Assembly: GCA_028534125.1 (NCBI GenBank) | Contig: CM052816.1 | Location: forward strand, 76,758,001 to 76,822,000 | Reading direction: 5' to 3' | DNA length: 64,000 nt | DNA from: Lama glama | Lineage: Eukaryota | In this document: positions 25,378 to 38,117 of the stretch, one piece after another | Layout: every line of letters starts with the position of its first letter | How positions within the stretch are numbered: position 1 is the stretch's first letter | The notes under the pieces: model-generated | Database searches by the model: none | Told to the model about the DNA's origin: nothing | What the model saw: only the letters and a program-made list of their open reading frames with translations | Position numbers and translations under genes: made by a program

Positions 25378-25402
25378 AGACACACACACACACACACACA
25401 CA
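25336..25402. repeat. (CA)n microsatellite, interrupted
   Basis: Long ca run with two cagaca interruptions. Confidence 0.97.
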
Positions 25403-25874
25403 TAAATAATTTGTAGGACAAATATCTTCTGTCTGCCCATCACCCCACTCCCAGCCCCTCCACTCCCACCTCATGGTCATTACCCACTACTATACTAAGA
25501 GCATGAAAATGGTTTAAGAGAATGGAAAGATGTGGCTTTTTAAACAACAGGCACCTTACTAAGCCCGTAAGCCCGGGGATACGCCCAGGGATAATAATAT
25601 CTCCTTCATAAAACTGTTAGGTTGATTTATTGAGATAATGTGCATAAGGACATTGGCACTTAACTGACCAGCCATAAATGGTGGCTGTGGGTTTGTTACC
25701 ACGCCAGCCTATTGATACAAATTCTTTCAGATTTAACTCTAATGCTTGTGACACTGACAGCCAAGAAGATTAAACCTAAAAATGAGGGATGACGGTATAG
25801 GATAGAAAGGATTAGTACTCACCTCAAAATAATTAGTGGGTTAAGTGATTTTTTGGGGGGAGTTTTTTGTGTGT

Positions 25875-26735
25875 GTGTGGCAAAATACACATTATATAGA
25901 ATTTACCATTTGACCATTTTTACATATACAGTTTAGTGGCATGAAGTACACTCACATTGTACAACCATCACCACTATCCATCTGCAGAACTTTTTCATCA
26001 TCCCAAACTGAAACTCTAGTCATGAAACACTAACTCTCCACTCCCTACTTCCCCAGCCATGGTAACCACTATTCTACTTTCTATCTCTATGAATTTGACT
26101 CTTTTTAGGTACCTCATATAAGAACGTTTGTCCTTTTGCTTCTGATTTATTTTACTTAATGGAATGTCTTTTGTGTTTAGGGGTCTTGGTTTGTTTGTTT
26201 GTTTATATTAGCTGTCCTATGGGTATGAAGTGGTATTTCTTTGTGGTTTTGACTTATACTTCCCTAATGATTAATGATGTGAGCATCTTTTCATGTGCTT
26301 ATTGGCCTTTAATGTATCTTCTTTGGAGAAATGTCCGTTCAAGTCCTTTGCCTATTTGTTAATGAGTTTTTGTTGTTGTTGTTGTTGAGTTGTAGATGGT
26401 CTTTATATATTCTGGATATTAATCTCTTAGAGATATATGATTTGCAAATATCTTCTCCCTTTGCCCTTTCACTCTATTGATAGTGTTCTTTGGTGTACAA
26501 AGTTTTTAATATTGAAATCTAATTCACCTACTTTTCCTTTTGTTGCCTGTGCTTTTGGTGTCATACCAAAAAAGCTGTTCCCCTATGTTTTCTTCTGAGT
26601 CTAATTGTTTTAGTAGCTTTTATATTTAAGTCTTTGATCCATTTTGAGTTAATTTTTGTATATGGATTAAGGTAAGGGTCCAAATTCATTCTTTTGCATG
26701 TGAATACCCAGTTTTCCCAGTATCATTTGTTGATC
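25875..26735 (-). mobile_element. L1MB-like fragment with internal deletions
   Basis: tttaccatttgaccattttt...acaaccatcaccactatcc...tttgatccattttgagttaatttttgtata...cccagttttcccagtatcatttgttga. Confidence 0.85.
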
Positions 26736-28113
26736 AGTGATTTTTTTTTAACCATGTGCTGACCTATTGCAGTCAATCTGCCTGGAAAAGACAAGAGAAA
26801 AGAGAGTCAGGATGACATTGAATTATTTCACAAATTGCATTCCAATATGTTTATTTTTATAGCTATGTTATAGATACTACTACGTCCTCCATATAGCATT
26901 ATTAAGTGGTAGTATTAAGTTCCAAAAGGTACTAAAGAATTGAAAATAGAAATATTCCTGGTCTTCTGACCAAAGAGAAATTATCACTAGGTTACACTCA
27001 GGTATGGTCACTTCTGCATTAGGTCATAAATAATTTTGTATTTAGGTAGGCTTCCTGTTTGACAAATCCTAATTTGAGCAATAGGGTATGAAAAAGACTA
27101 AGGTTGAGTACCTTTTCAAATAGAGAGAATAAAGTGATTCTAAGATTGAAAAAAAAAAAAAGAGGGAGAAACTCATGGAAAAAGAGTAAAAACTGGAGAT
27201 TTTTTTAATTGACTATCTTAAACAAATTTGAAATATATTATAAAAGTACAAAAAATGGTATAAGGCTTCATCAGTCTTTACCCTGTACAGAAATGGAAAT
27301 ATTTCTATTTTAAAATTCAATAGACAGTAGACTAGGAAAGTGAGTATATTCACACCTGCAATTAATTGACAACAGGACAGGGTAAGAACTCCCAGAATGG
27401 TGGGTTGATCCAACTCCTTTGTCATCTTCTGTGAGTCTATAAACTTCCAAGGCACATCTGTTTATTTTCCAACCTTTCTGGCCTCACTTTCCTGTTTGGA
27501 AGGAAACTGGAAATGAATGAATGAATGAAGAAGGACAAAAAAGAAAAAAAGATTGATTTTTCATGTAAGACTTTTTCTTTCTTTCATTCATTAAAGTGTG
27601 ATTATTTTTAACCAGTTTTCAAAAGCAGTGATCAAATCCAATGAGGGTGTGCAATTTGATGATGTCAGTTACATCTTTTCTTGGAGACCCAGTGAGATAA
27701 AAGGATTACAACTTGGATTCTGCTTCTAAGGAGAGTATACAAGGACTGAAAGAGGTGAGATGACATGAGAAGAGAATAGCCAAACACAACAGACTCTGCA
27801 GAGCTCTTTGAGTCCCCCAGTCCCAAGAGGGTAAGATACAAATTATGGCCAAAATAAAAAAAGTAGTAAGCAAATTAATAAATAACAGAATTCTTCCAGA
27901 AGCTTTGTTCTTTGTCTTTTAGCTCTCCAAGTTAATTGGCTTGATAAAAGACTCCTTAAGTAAAGTTTAGATTATTTCTCCATTGTCCTATTTTGGCAGG
28001 GTTTTTTGTTTGTTTTTTTTTTTAGAGTTTAGTAAACATTTGCCTGGATTTGGGTTTCAATTGTAGAGACAATGGTTCCCTGCCCTTCTTGAGTTTAAAC
28101 AATGTACTCATCA

Positions 28114-28688
28114 TGTAAGCAGATAGGGTAGGGGGTCCTCAGAGAAAGAGAATCAGGCATGGCCTCCTTGACATGAGAGAAGCCATCTTTGGCCTAAGCC
28201 ATTTTGTGATCTAAGCCTGGCCATAATGCTTGTCCTTGAACAGGTCTCAGTAATTAATGATCATAAGGGGAAAAAAGACTGCAGAAACAAATGACTTATC
28301 AGGCAAGAGAAGAAACAATAGCAAAGATAATATATCAGTTGTAAAGACGCCCAGTTCTGTTTCAAAGGTAAAGAGTAGCCTGAAGCGCTCAACCACCAGG
28401 TCTATTAGAACCTAAGGGATAATGATGTTGACCTTTTCTGACCCTCACTGACTTAGTCAACTGAAGTTTGAACTCTGTGGCCCACCCAAGCTTCTTCATG
28501 AATATGCATGTACCCTTAGCTTAAAACTTCCCCAATTTTGCTGTTTGGGGAGACACTGTTTTGGAAAAGATCCCCAGTGTTCTCCTTACTTGCTGCAGGT
28601 AATAAATCCTGCCTTCTCCTGTGCTTTGGCTTGGTTGTGCCTTTTGATTCAACACCCATCAGGAGGCAAACCCAGTTTTGAAGTAGCA
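28114..28688 (+). mobile_element. ERV1-like solo LTR (~575 bp)
   Basis: TG...CA termini (tgtaagc...gtagca), TATA-like ttaaaa at 28521, AATAAA at 28601, and a 4-bp flank atca/atcc consistent with a decayed target-site duplication. Confidence 0.75.
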
Positions 28689-31600
28689 ATCCTATTGAAA
28701 TAGAGTGGGATTTCTCCTTCTATTGAAAGATGAATTGAATCTTCACCGAAGTTGATTAATGTTATTTCTTCCCAGAGCACTGATGTTCTGAAAGGGTTAA
28801 GGCTTCCTTCCATCAAAAATAGAAAGTATAAGAGTGAAGAAAAAGATCCATTTTGTTTTCAAAACAAAAAGTGAAAGAGAAATAAACCAAATCAAGGAAC
28901 TACCCATTTCCTCCCGCACAACCTTCTAAAAGCACACTTGTTCTTATCCTGCTTTCCTCCTGCTATTTCCATTTGGCTATTCCATATCTAGCCATGCAGG
29001 GAGTCTAGGATTTCCTTGAATTTCTATGAATCTATTTTGTGAGTTTGAGTTGTTCTTTCCTGGCACAGTTCAAATGCATGTTGTTAAAAGGAAACAAGTT
29101 CACAAAATAATAAAATTTTAGCTGACCAGTTTCCTAGTCTGGAAACTTGGGGGTCACTTCACACTTTTGTGCTTTCATTTTATCATCAAAAAGCACCAGT
29201 GTAGTGACCATCTCTGAGTGTTTGACAATGTTTTAGCCAAGAGTTCTACAGCTTCCCACAAGAGACGGGCTTCCAAGAAGGCTGTACACAGGCAGAATTT
29301 GTGTGCAAACCATACGCTGCTTTCATCAGATTCTGAAAAAAGGCTTTAGAAAAATAAAAGCCACTTTAGAATCTTCAGGTGACAGAAGGAAGTATGAAAA
29401 TTAATTCGCGCTGGAGGAGTTTCAGATCTAGTTAGGGAGCAGAACTGAACGCAGCCAATATAATGGGAGAACCGTAAAAGGCAAGCCTATCGAAGAGCTT
29501 CATTTCGTGGTGCAGTCTGCAGGAGTCCAGGAAAAGGGGGACACGAGAGAGCCAGATGCAGAGAAGGCTTCCTGGAAGAGGTGAGACTCAACATCCCCCT
29601 GTTCTCCTGTCTTGGGGGTCTTGCCCAGGCATGCGAGTGTTCGGCATGTAAAGTAGATGATCATTTGTTTCTTCCCTAAAATGTTAGCCATTCGGGTTAT
29701 AAAGCTGAAATTGTGTAAGAGCTGATAAGTATTTCTAACCCTCGCTGCTAACAATTTCAACCATGTTCCTTTTAAAACCTGATAGAAATAACAATGACGA
29801 TGCTTATAAATAATGATCGAGAAATAGTGTTACTTAAATTGTACGAAGTGTTCTCTCCCTCATCTTGTAAACTGAGATTAAAAAAAAAAAATGAAGCTGG
29901 ATTCACCAGACCTCCAATGTCTCTGGGCCCCACAGTCTCCACCTAGCTGTCACTTTCGGTGGGTACCACAGGGACAACCTCACTTTACCATTGCCTGAAC
30001 AAAAATAGTTCTCTCAATTGCAAATGTATGAAAAGAGATTTGAAGAATTATAACCACCTTTGCGTTCTCTTAACTTCTTCTCCCTTCCGCTAGCAGGAAT
30101 AATTACAGTGCCCACATCATGAAGAAAAAATAACTTTATCTTCTTTAGATGGTATCATATATTGTGTGTCATCTCTCTTGCATTTCCTGTTTCATCTTCC
30201 TGCTCAAGGATTTACATACTTAATTGACTTCACAGGAAATGTCCTCACATACGTGATGTTTGAAATACACATTTTTTAAGTAGAATGATTATGCTCCAAA
30301 AACTAAAAATAAAAACTTATTGGTGGCTTATATGGGCTATGGATAAGAGCTTCAGCCTGTTTTTCCTTAGCCAAAATACTTCTCTTAAATATGTTTTTGA
30401 GAGACTGCTGAATTTATAGCAATAACTAAAAATTACCTTAATCTGCATTTAGAACCAAACACAAATTGAAACAGAATGCAAATGAATAAATTGAAATTCA
30501 ACGGTCTCTTAACCAGAGACTTGTACAGTTAGCTACATTGTTAATGGAAATTGCTAGATTTCTGTTTATCGTGTAATTTTTGTGCAACTCACTGGCACAG
30601 AGAGAAAAAAACCTCAGAATGACCAAGAATAATTTATGACTACGTAGCACACGGTGAAAATATGTTGATAAACTTGGTAGTAAATGCCGTCCGAGCAACA
30701 GGATTATTTGTACTGGCAAGTCTTGCCGGCTGATCCGTCTTCTCTCTAGTAGGAGTCACTTTCTCCTTTATTTCAGAGCCCAAGCTTGCCTGCACCTTGA
30801 AACCACCTTTGGAACTTTAAAAAATACTGATGCCTGGGTTTCAAAACTAAAAATTGGTGTTTAATGGTCTGGGGTTAAGCCTGGGAACTGGGATTTTTAA
30901 AAGCTTTTCAGGTGCTCTTAATGTGCAGCCAGATTAAAAGCCTGTGCCTTAGATCCTAAATTGTATTGTTCCAGCAGACAGTGGGTAAGAGGCTTTCTGG
31001 TTAAGCTACAGAATGTCTCCATTTGAGGGTCTTCTTCTGGCAATGATTTACGTCTAAAAGCACACCTCGATCTCATCCTTGCCTCGCCTGGATCTCCTCC
31101 ATTCATTCACTGAGTATCTATTATGTGCCAAAGACGGTGCGATTTCAGGTTCCTGGCTAACCTCCCGGCTCCTGACTATCCTTAAGCCCCACACCTCTTC
31201 ATAGGTTTCAAGGCACTCAGGTTTCTTTCCATTCCTGGAATATGACCCCTGCCCTGCCTTTCTTTCTCGTCCTGTCTATCCATATTTCCCTATATACATC
31301 TTGATTTTGAAAAACATTTCACTTTAAGAAATAAATCATAGGGAACATCTTTTTAATGAAGGATTTTTATTGTCATGGTAGTTATTAGTATTAGCACGGC
31401 ATCTAATGAGAAAATGTGGTGTCCCTCTGCTAGGTTAATGTGGTAGTACATGCAAGATCTAGAAATTTGCAACCCAGAATGAAGGAGTCAGTTGCTTTTT
31501 CTTTACAATAGGACCCAAAGTGATCTTCTGCCCTTGAAATTACTTTAGTATCAGTTTATATATTCAAAATAAAGGAGATAAATTCCTTTCCTGGAATGTG

Positions 31601-31950
31601 TTCAGACAGGTACTACAGGAGATTGGTGGGAAATCTGATTAGTTCGGATCAAATATCACGTCCTTAACTGAAGAATATCTAGTTCACCATTGTGAGAGGC
31701 TGAGGCATCTGATGCTAACAAATATTACCAAAAAATTAGAACTCAGACTGACGTGTGCTTTAAATTTTTAATGAAATAAATAACATCCTATGTTAAGCTT
31801 ATGAATATGACCACCATTTCAATATTAGTGAGATAGGTTTAAATATATTTGGAAGTGTTGATTAAAATTAGCATGATCCTTTAAGTCTTTGTAAGATTAT
31901 AATTATATTTTTTAACAAGTATTACATACTCAAAATAAAAAGGTCAAAAG

Positions 31951-32141
31951 CGGGGGAAAGTATTGCTCAAGTGGTAGAATGCATACTTAGCATGCAGGAG
32001 GTCCTGGGTTCAACCCCCAGTACCTTCTCTAAAAATAAATAAACCTGATTACCTCCCTCCCACCAAAAAACAAACAAACAAACAAAAAGCAAATAAAATT
32101 AGATGCTGGTTTAAAAAAAAAAAAGAAAAGACACTATTTTT
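31951..32141 (+). mobile_element. tRNA-derived SINE (camelid-type)
   Basis: ggggaaagtattgctcaagtggtagaatgcatacttagcatgcaggaggtcctgggttcaacccccagtacc plus an A-rich tail. Flanks taaaaaggtcaaaag and taaaaaggtaaaaaag resemble a target-site duplication. Confidence 0.9.
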
Positions 32142-32429
32142 TAAAAAGGTAAAAAAGTCAGCAAAGTACAAAACAGAATTTTTGAATAATACCACCACAA
32201 AGTCAACCACTGTAACATTTTAGTGTGAGTCCTTGATAGATAGATAGATGGATCCACAAATACATATTTTATACAAAACAGGTTAACAATGTACACAGAA
32301 TTTACTCTTCAGGCACTTTTTAAAAAAATTGTGTGTCAGTCTTTCAGATTTCAAAGCCTTACCTGTAGCTGTTCCCATATTATTAAAGTGTAACAACTGA
32401 AGAACCTTGGCCAGTTATACAAATGCTCT

Positions 32430-32512
32430 GAGGGCTGAGATAACATGCAAATAAACCTTATATATCAATGTGTGAAAACTGGACAGACCACACGGTTCAA
32501 AAAAGGAAGTTC
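32430..32512 (+). promoter_or_regulatory. FYB1: Candidate haematopoietic promoter (probable FYB1 distal promoter)
   Basis: AGATAA (32438), ATGCAAAT octamer (32445), TTATATAT (32458), GACCACA RUNX site (32486) and AAAAAGGAAGT ETS/PU.1 site (32500) within ~75 bp. The position ~8.5 kb downstream of C9 fits recalled C9-FYB1 synteny. Confidence 0.6.
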
Positions 32513-32606
32513 ACTCTGCTTAGCGAACTTGAGCATTCACTGTCCGAGTTACAGCATCTTCGGGGTCGCTGTGTGCCAGGCACGTCAACTCCTTTCAGTA
32601 AAAATG
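32511..32606 (+). CDS. FYB1: Probable FYB1 alternative first exon: 5' UTR plus initiator ATG only (32604-32606); start approximate
   Basis: aaaATG|gtaagt has A at -3 and a perfect donor, with no upstream ATG between 32511 and 32603. A recalled human FYB1 isoform (MDGKADVKSL...) starts from a distal exon near C9. No other FYB1 coding exon was seen in the window. Confidence 0.5.
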
Positions 32607-34049
32607 GTAAGTCGTAGGTTTTATGACTCTCCTTGGTCTCCCAGTAAACATCTAATCTCTACGTAGCGCGGAGAGGGGTGGGGGTGTTTTATGACCGGCC
32701 CTCCAAGCCTTCGGAATTTTTGCTTATCTCATCATTGTTCCACTTGCTAATAGAGCTGCTAAGGCTTTGTTATACCAGTTGAGAGACTGTGGCTTCAGGA
32801 GTTCCCTTTTCTGATTCTAGCCTTCGGAATAGAGGAAGAGCTATGCCTTAAAGAAAGAAAAGCCGCGTTCTTTGTCTTTGCCTCTTAAGATGGTTGGGTG
32901 TTAGAACCAGCAGTGCAGTCGGGTTTCCTTTTGTGAGCACTTTGGAACCCTGAAGAGACCTCCAGTGACAAATGTTGGGTAATGCTGCTGATGAGTGCCA
33001 TTGTGACACCACAGTGAGTTTTACAAAAGGAACTCTTTTGTTTGAAGAATTTTTTTTTAATTTTAATTGAGAGTCCAACAAAATCCAAACAGTCCAGATC
33101 TTAGGGACCTGTGATGTTCCCAAAATTAGCTGAAAGTCATCATTTGAAGCTGGCTTACAATGGTAACTAGGTTCCCAGTTGTACCATTAAAAACTAGCTT
33201 AACCGGTAATGTAGCTGAGCTACAGCGTTAATATTCTGCTCTACGGTCTCCTGTCATCTCTCTGTGAAAGTGGCTGTGTTCTTACACACGTGGCGTTCTT
33301 AGGCTCTCAGAGACTAGAAGGGAGTCGACTTTCTATCCGACACACCCCTCCCCCACTCCCCAGCACCAGATGACTACAGATTGGTTATCCGTCCTCTTGT
33401 TCTGGAGAGGATTACTTGCTTTGCCAGCTCCCAGTGAGAAGATGAGGACTGAGGCAATGATTCCTACAGGTACTCAGTGCGGGAAGGGAGTACATTGCAG
33501 GCACTGGAATAAACAGGGGGAAGGGTTCATGGATGTGTTTGTAGTCTGAGATCTCTTGAGCCAGAATAGGGAAAGCGCAGAGGTAAGAAACTGTGATCTC
33601 ATGATAGGGGAGAGCAGGAGAGGGAGAGGAGATGGGGTCAGACTTGCAGAGCCATGGGGAGAGGAATACCACAGCGGTGGAGGGAAGGGTGGCACATGGA
33701 CCTGCAAGGAAGGCAGTCCCATGTAAAGGTGGGATTTACAAGTCCCTCTAGTGTTTCCATACGGGGTCTTCAGATCCAGGATTCTTAGAAAAGAGCTTGA
33801 ATTTAATTACCGATATCCTCTTCCAGAATAAATGAGGGCACTGTGGTTGGCAGGATTATTTGGATTTTCTTACAGGAAACAAGATGATAACTAGCAGATC
33901 TGAGCGCACACTGAACGTGGGGCACCCTTGCTCTTGAAGCGAATGGGTGTGGCGCTCCAGCTCCGCGTTTGGTAACTTCAGTGTCACTTCCTTAATTTTT
34001 GGATGCATTCCATCTGCACTTTCTTTCCTCTCATGTTCTTCTGTTTTTA

Positions 34050-35350
34050 AAACGGCATTATATGTTATGAAACAAATAACAAGCACTTATGAACTCACCA
34101 CCCAGAGTTCACACAGGTTACCATCTTGCCATAACATTGCCATTTGCCATCTTTTCAAAAAATAAAAAAGACAAATTGGAAGCCCCCTTTCTGTCCTTGC
34201 CAGTTCCACCCCCTCCCTCTGACAGCAGAGGCACACCTGCTCTGAAAGTGGCATCTCGCCTCCCAGCTGTGTTTTTATGTTTTCATTTCATCTGACTGTA
34301 TCCATAAGATGCCATATGATACTGTTTTGCCTAGTGTTTGTTTTTTTTTAATGATTTCTGCGTTTGTGTTCTTTCACTTTACATTGGGGTGTTTTCAATA
34401 TATATCCATTTGGATACTTGTAGTTCTGGTTCAACCTATTTTGAATTGTGTAATTATATTGCCATTTATTCATCTGTTCCTCAACATTTAATTTGTTGTC
34501 ATTATTTTCAAATTTGAACAATACTAGAATAAATGTTCTTTTGCATAGAGGGTCTGGACACCTTCAAATTTATTTGAATATTAGCAAATTGTTCTCTGAA
34601 ATCATTGTAACAATTTACCTCTCACCAGCCTTGTAGGAGAGTTGCCATTTCTCTACACCATCCTTAAAACTTGTTATTGTCATATTTATTGGCAGCATTG
34701 AAAGTTTGTTATATGCAAAACTTTACTTCATTTTTGCTTCAACTTGCCTGATTACTACTAAGATGGTGTGTGTTTTTGTAAGTTTATTGACTATTCAGGT
34801 AACTTCTTCTGTAAATTCTCCTCATGTGTTTTATCCATTTTCTTATGAATTATTTTTCATGTTGATTTATAGGAATTCCTTATATGTTCTAGGTATTGAT
34901 TCTACATCAGTTACATGCATTGCAAATTTTATGCTCCAAATTTAGGACTTCTTTTTTTTTACTTTATTTTTTGGTGTCTCTTTTTTATACAAAAGGTTTA
35001 AATCTTAATGCTGTCAAGTTTCAAAATAAGCTTTTATCATTAGAAGTACTTTTTAAAAAGTTCTTCCCTACCCTCAAATATTAAAGCTATTTTCCTAAAC
35101 TTTTCTCTAAATGTGTTGAAGTTTTGATTTTCACGTTTAGGTCTTTAATAATCAGGACGTTATTTATATTTGTGAAGTGAGTAGGCATCTGCTACAGTCC
35201 CAGTGGATAACCAATACCAAGTACTGTTTATTTTAGTTTGTCCTTTTCCCCTAGCACTTTCTGATGCCTCTTTTATCCATTTCCCATAAATGTGTAACTC
35301 TGCTTCTGGGATTCTAACTCTGTCATACCAGTCAATATACTTCATAAAAT
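34050..35350 (-). mobile_element. Old L1 (L1MC/ME-like) fragment
   Basis: T-rich L1-antisense text (ttgatttataggaattccttatatgttctaggtatt; acgtttaggtcttta). The minus-strand ORF at 35160-35345 is ORF2-like (IDWYDRVRIPE). Confidence 0.65.
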
Positions 35351-35961
35351 TTCATGTTTATCATTGTTTCTTACAAATCACTCTTCCAGTCTGGATTCAT
35401 CTATCTTCTCACCCGGTATCCATGCCCTTGCCTACTGTCTGACAATTTCGACAACAATTTTATATTTGTTCTGTTATTCTCCCAAACACAAGAGCCTAAA
35501 TGTAGTACAAATGCCCATTGAAAATAACCTTCCAACCCTATTTGTAGCTCTTAAAACTTCTGCCTGGAAGAGATGTGCTCTGCTTTCACTCACGTTTAAT
35601 TAGCCAAAAGTTAGGTCACATGGTCTTGCCTCAGCTAAACAGGACAGAGATGGAGGGAGGTAAAATCCTCATGCATTCAGGGTAATGGCACAGATGGGTA
35701 CCCATTTAGAAGAAGAGTAATATTATACACTACAATATAAATTGGTTTTTCAGACTTAACAGACTTACCCCATTGTTTTCCAACTTCCACTATTGCTGAA
35801 TTGTGTGCTGGCAAGTCTAATTGTCATTCCCTGTAGGTGAAATTCTGTTATTCCTTTTAAGATGTTTCTTTATCTTCATGTTCTGCAGTTTTATTATGCC
35901 TCATAGAAATGAGAATTGATTTTTATTTATCCTGTTTGGTACTCGGGGTAGCAATTTAAAG

Positions 35962-36183
35962 CAGGGATCTACAACATTTCTGTAAAAGAGACAGATAGCA
36001 AATATTGTAGATTTTGTAGTTTTTGTGGTCTCTGTTACAACTGTTCAGCTGCACCATTGTGGCATGAAAGCACCTATAGACAATGCATAAACAAATGAAT
36101 GTGGTTGTGTTCCAATAAGACTTTATTTCTAAGAACAGATGGCAGACTGGATTTGGCCCCCAGGCTGTAGTTGCTAATCCCTG
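35962..36183. mobile_element. MER58A-like hAT-Charlie element
   Basis: cagggatc...ccctg termini; internal gtggttgtgttccaataagactttattt. Confidence 0.85.
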
Positions 36184-36423
36184 GTGTAAAGCCTAATGAT
36201 TTTCTTCAATTCCGTAAAATCCTCAGCCGTTATTTCTTCAAAAACTATTACTCTACTATTTCTTCCTTCCTAGCTTTTTTGTCTAGAGTCCCTGTTACGT
36301 AAAACTAAATAGACTCAGTCTATTAACTGCTCTTCCAAATTTATCTCGGTGCCTCTGTGATGAATTCTAAATCAGTTTATCAACTTCATCTTCCAGTTCA
36401 CTAAGTTTTCCTTCATCTGTGTC

Positions 36424-36535
36424 TAGGGTGACCAGCTATTTCCGTTTGCCCAGCACTCTCCCAGTTTTAAGCACTGAAGCCCCATGTCCCAGAAACTTCC
36501 CAGTCCCAGACAGACCAGAACAGTTGTTCACCCTA
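36424..36535. mobile_element. MER96-like hAT-Tip100 miniature element
   Basis: Terminal inverted repeats tagggtga/tcacccta and a perfect 8-bp target-site duplication tctgtgtc (36416, 36536). Confidence 0.85.
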
Positions 36536-37024
36536 TCTGTGTCCAGTCCACATTTTATCCTATATATTGAGTTTCTGTTTCAGTGATTAAGCTTTTATTT
36601 ACAATTTCTGTCCTAATGTCTACCTATTTTTTTCTTCAAATATTTTTATACTCCCCTACAGATATTACTCATTTATTTTTTTCTTGATGTATCCTAAATT
36701 CTTAGTCATTTTCAGATGGTTCTATTATTCTAATTTAATTTGAGGTAAACCCGTCTTTCAACTACTGATTTTGTTGGGTTTTATTTCTTATGAATAGTCT
36801 TCTGTCTGTATGTTGGAATTTTATATGGTAGACCCATTCTGAGAAGGTTTTGTTGGTTGATTGCTTGATTTTCTCTTTCTACCTGCCTTCTCTCCTTCTT
36901 CCTGAGGACTTCAGCCCAGAACGAGGTCTATATTGACAACTGATCCAGGCGCACGTGTAGCATACTCATTACTAAGTCAACTGGCATCTTGGCCCAGGTC
37001 CTGATTCTAGTGCTGCATCTAGCC

Positions 37025-37198
37025 CAGTATTTCTCAACTTCAGCACTTTGGTACATTGTAGGATGTCTAGCCTCACCCACTAGATGTTGGTAGCACCCCT
37101 GCCCCCCTCATTGTGACAATACAAAGCATTTCAAGATATTACAAAGTGTGTTTCCCCCCTCCACTTCCTGTGTTCTCTTCCTCAGTTGAGAAAGACTG
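37025..37198. mobile_element. MER20-like hAT element
   Basis: cagtatttctcaac...cccactagatg...tgtgacaa...gttgagaaagactg. Confidence 0.75.
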
Positions 37199-37777
37199 AT
37201 TTATCCCAAGGAAATTCTTAAGGGCCGATCATTTGGTCTCCTTTCGTGGTGCTAAGGATGGGGAAAAGCATATCTGTCCCTGCCCTTGGTTTCAGTGAGT
37301 GACTCTCTAGCTCAGGTTTTCAGGTTACCTTATAGGAGCTGAACTAACCAACACTTCTTCACCCTGAACCAACAGCCCGCTTAGCCAGCCCTCTGGTCCT
37401 CCATTCTCACTCACATCTTTGTGTTTCTATTCTGTTTGAATGGTGAATTTCTTTTTGAGTGTAACTGTCTTTACATTTTCTCATCTTGTGTTCTAGCATT
37501 GACATGTGGTTAGGTCAGTGGGAGGGTGACAAACTTTAGTTTTCTGAAGAAGTTCATTCCTCTTCTCTATCTCTTTTCACTCATTTCCCTTGAGCTTCAT
37601 ATCTTTCCTTCTTCTTTTCTTCCCCCATCCTTGATCAGTGTCATTGGATACATCAACAAAGTAGAAAAAATGTGTCAGCATTATGGTTGATGAGATACAG
37701 GGAGAATTAGTCCAGTTTCCTACAGGTCTCTATTACTACCCCCCCACCCCATCCCAGTTTACTAAGACAGTGGTTCT

Positions 37778-37922
37778 TGGGGAGGGGGGAGGGTGTAGCT
37801 CAGTGGTAGAGCACATGCTTAGCATACACGCGGTCCTGGTTTCAATCCCAGTGACTCCATAGAAACAAACAAACAAACAAACCTAATTACCTCTTCCTAC
37901 AAAAAAAATTAAAAAAAAAAAA
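37778..37922 (+). mobile_element. tRNA-derived SINE (camelid-type) with 14-bp target-site duplication
   Basis: gggagggtgtagctcagtggtagagcacatgcttagc... plus poly(A). Flanks aagacagtggttct (37764) and aagacagtagttct (37923). Confidence 0.92.
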
Positions 37923-37926
37923 AAGA

Positions 37927-38117
37927 CAGTAGTTCTCAAAGTGTGGCCCATAACCCAGGAGCATCAACATCTTTGAACGGGAAACTTAATGGTAATCCTT
38001 GGACTCCACCCAAAACTGACTGAATAAGAAGTTCTGGGATTGGGACCCACGTCACCTGTGTATTAATGCACCCCCTAGGTGATTCTGATGCGTGCTTGAG
38101 TCTGAGATCCCCTGCAC
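37927..38117. mobile_element. MER5A-like element
   Basis: cagtagttctcaaagtgtggccc...ggtgattctgatgc...tgagatcccctg. Confidence 0.8.

Noticed and set aside
25292..25480. ORF with a CVCVCV run
   Set aside because: Translation of the (CA)n microsatellite.
33320..33730. Purine/GC-rich block that might be an old ERVL-type LTR
   Set aside because: No termini or duplication identified; cannot be supported without a repeat search.
37788..37860. tRNA-like sequence with A and B boxes (also near 10100, 31955, 46120 and 56020)
   Set aside because: SINE heads with A-rich tails and target-site duplications; no intact cloverleaf acceptor stem, so not tRNA genes.
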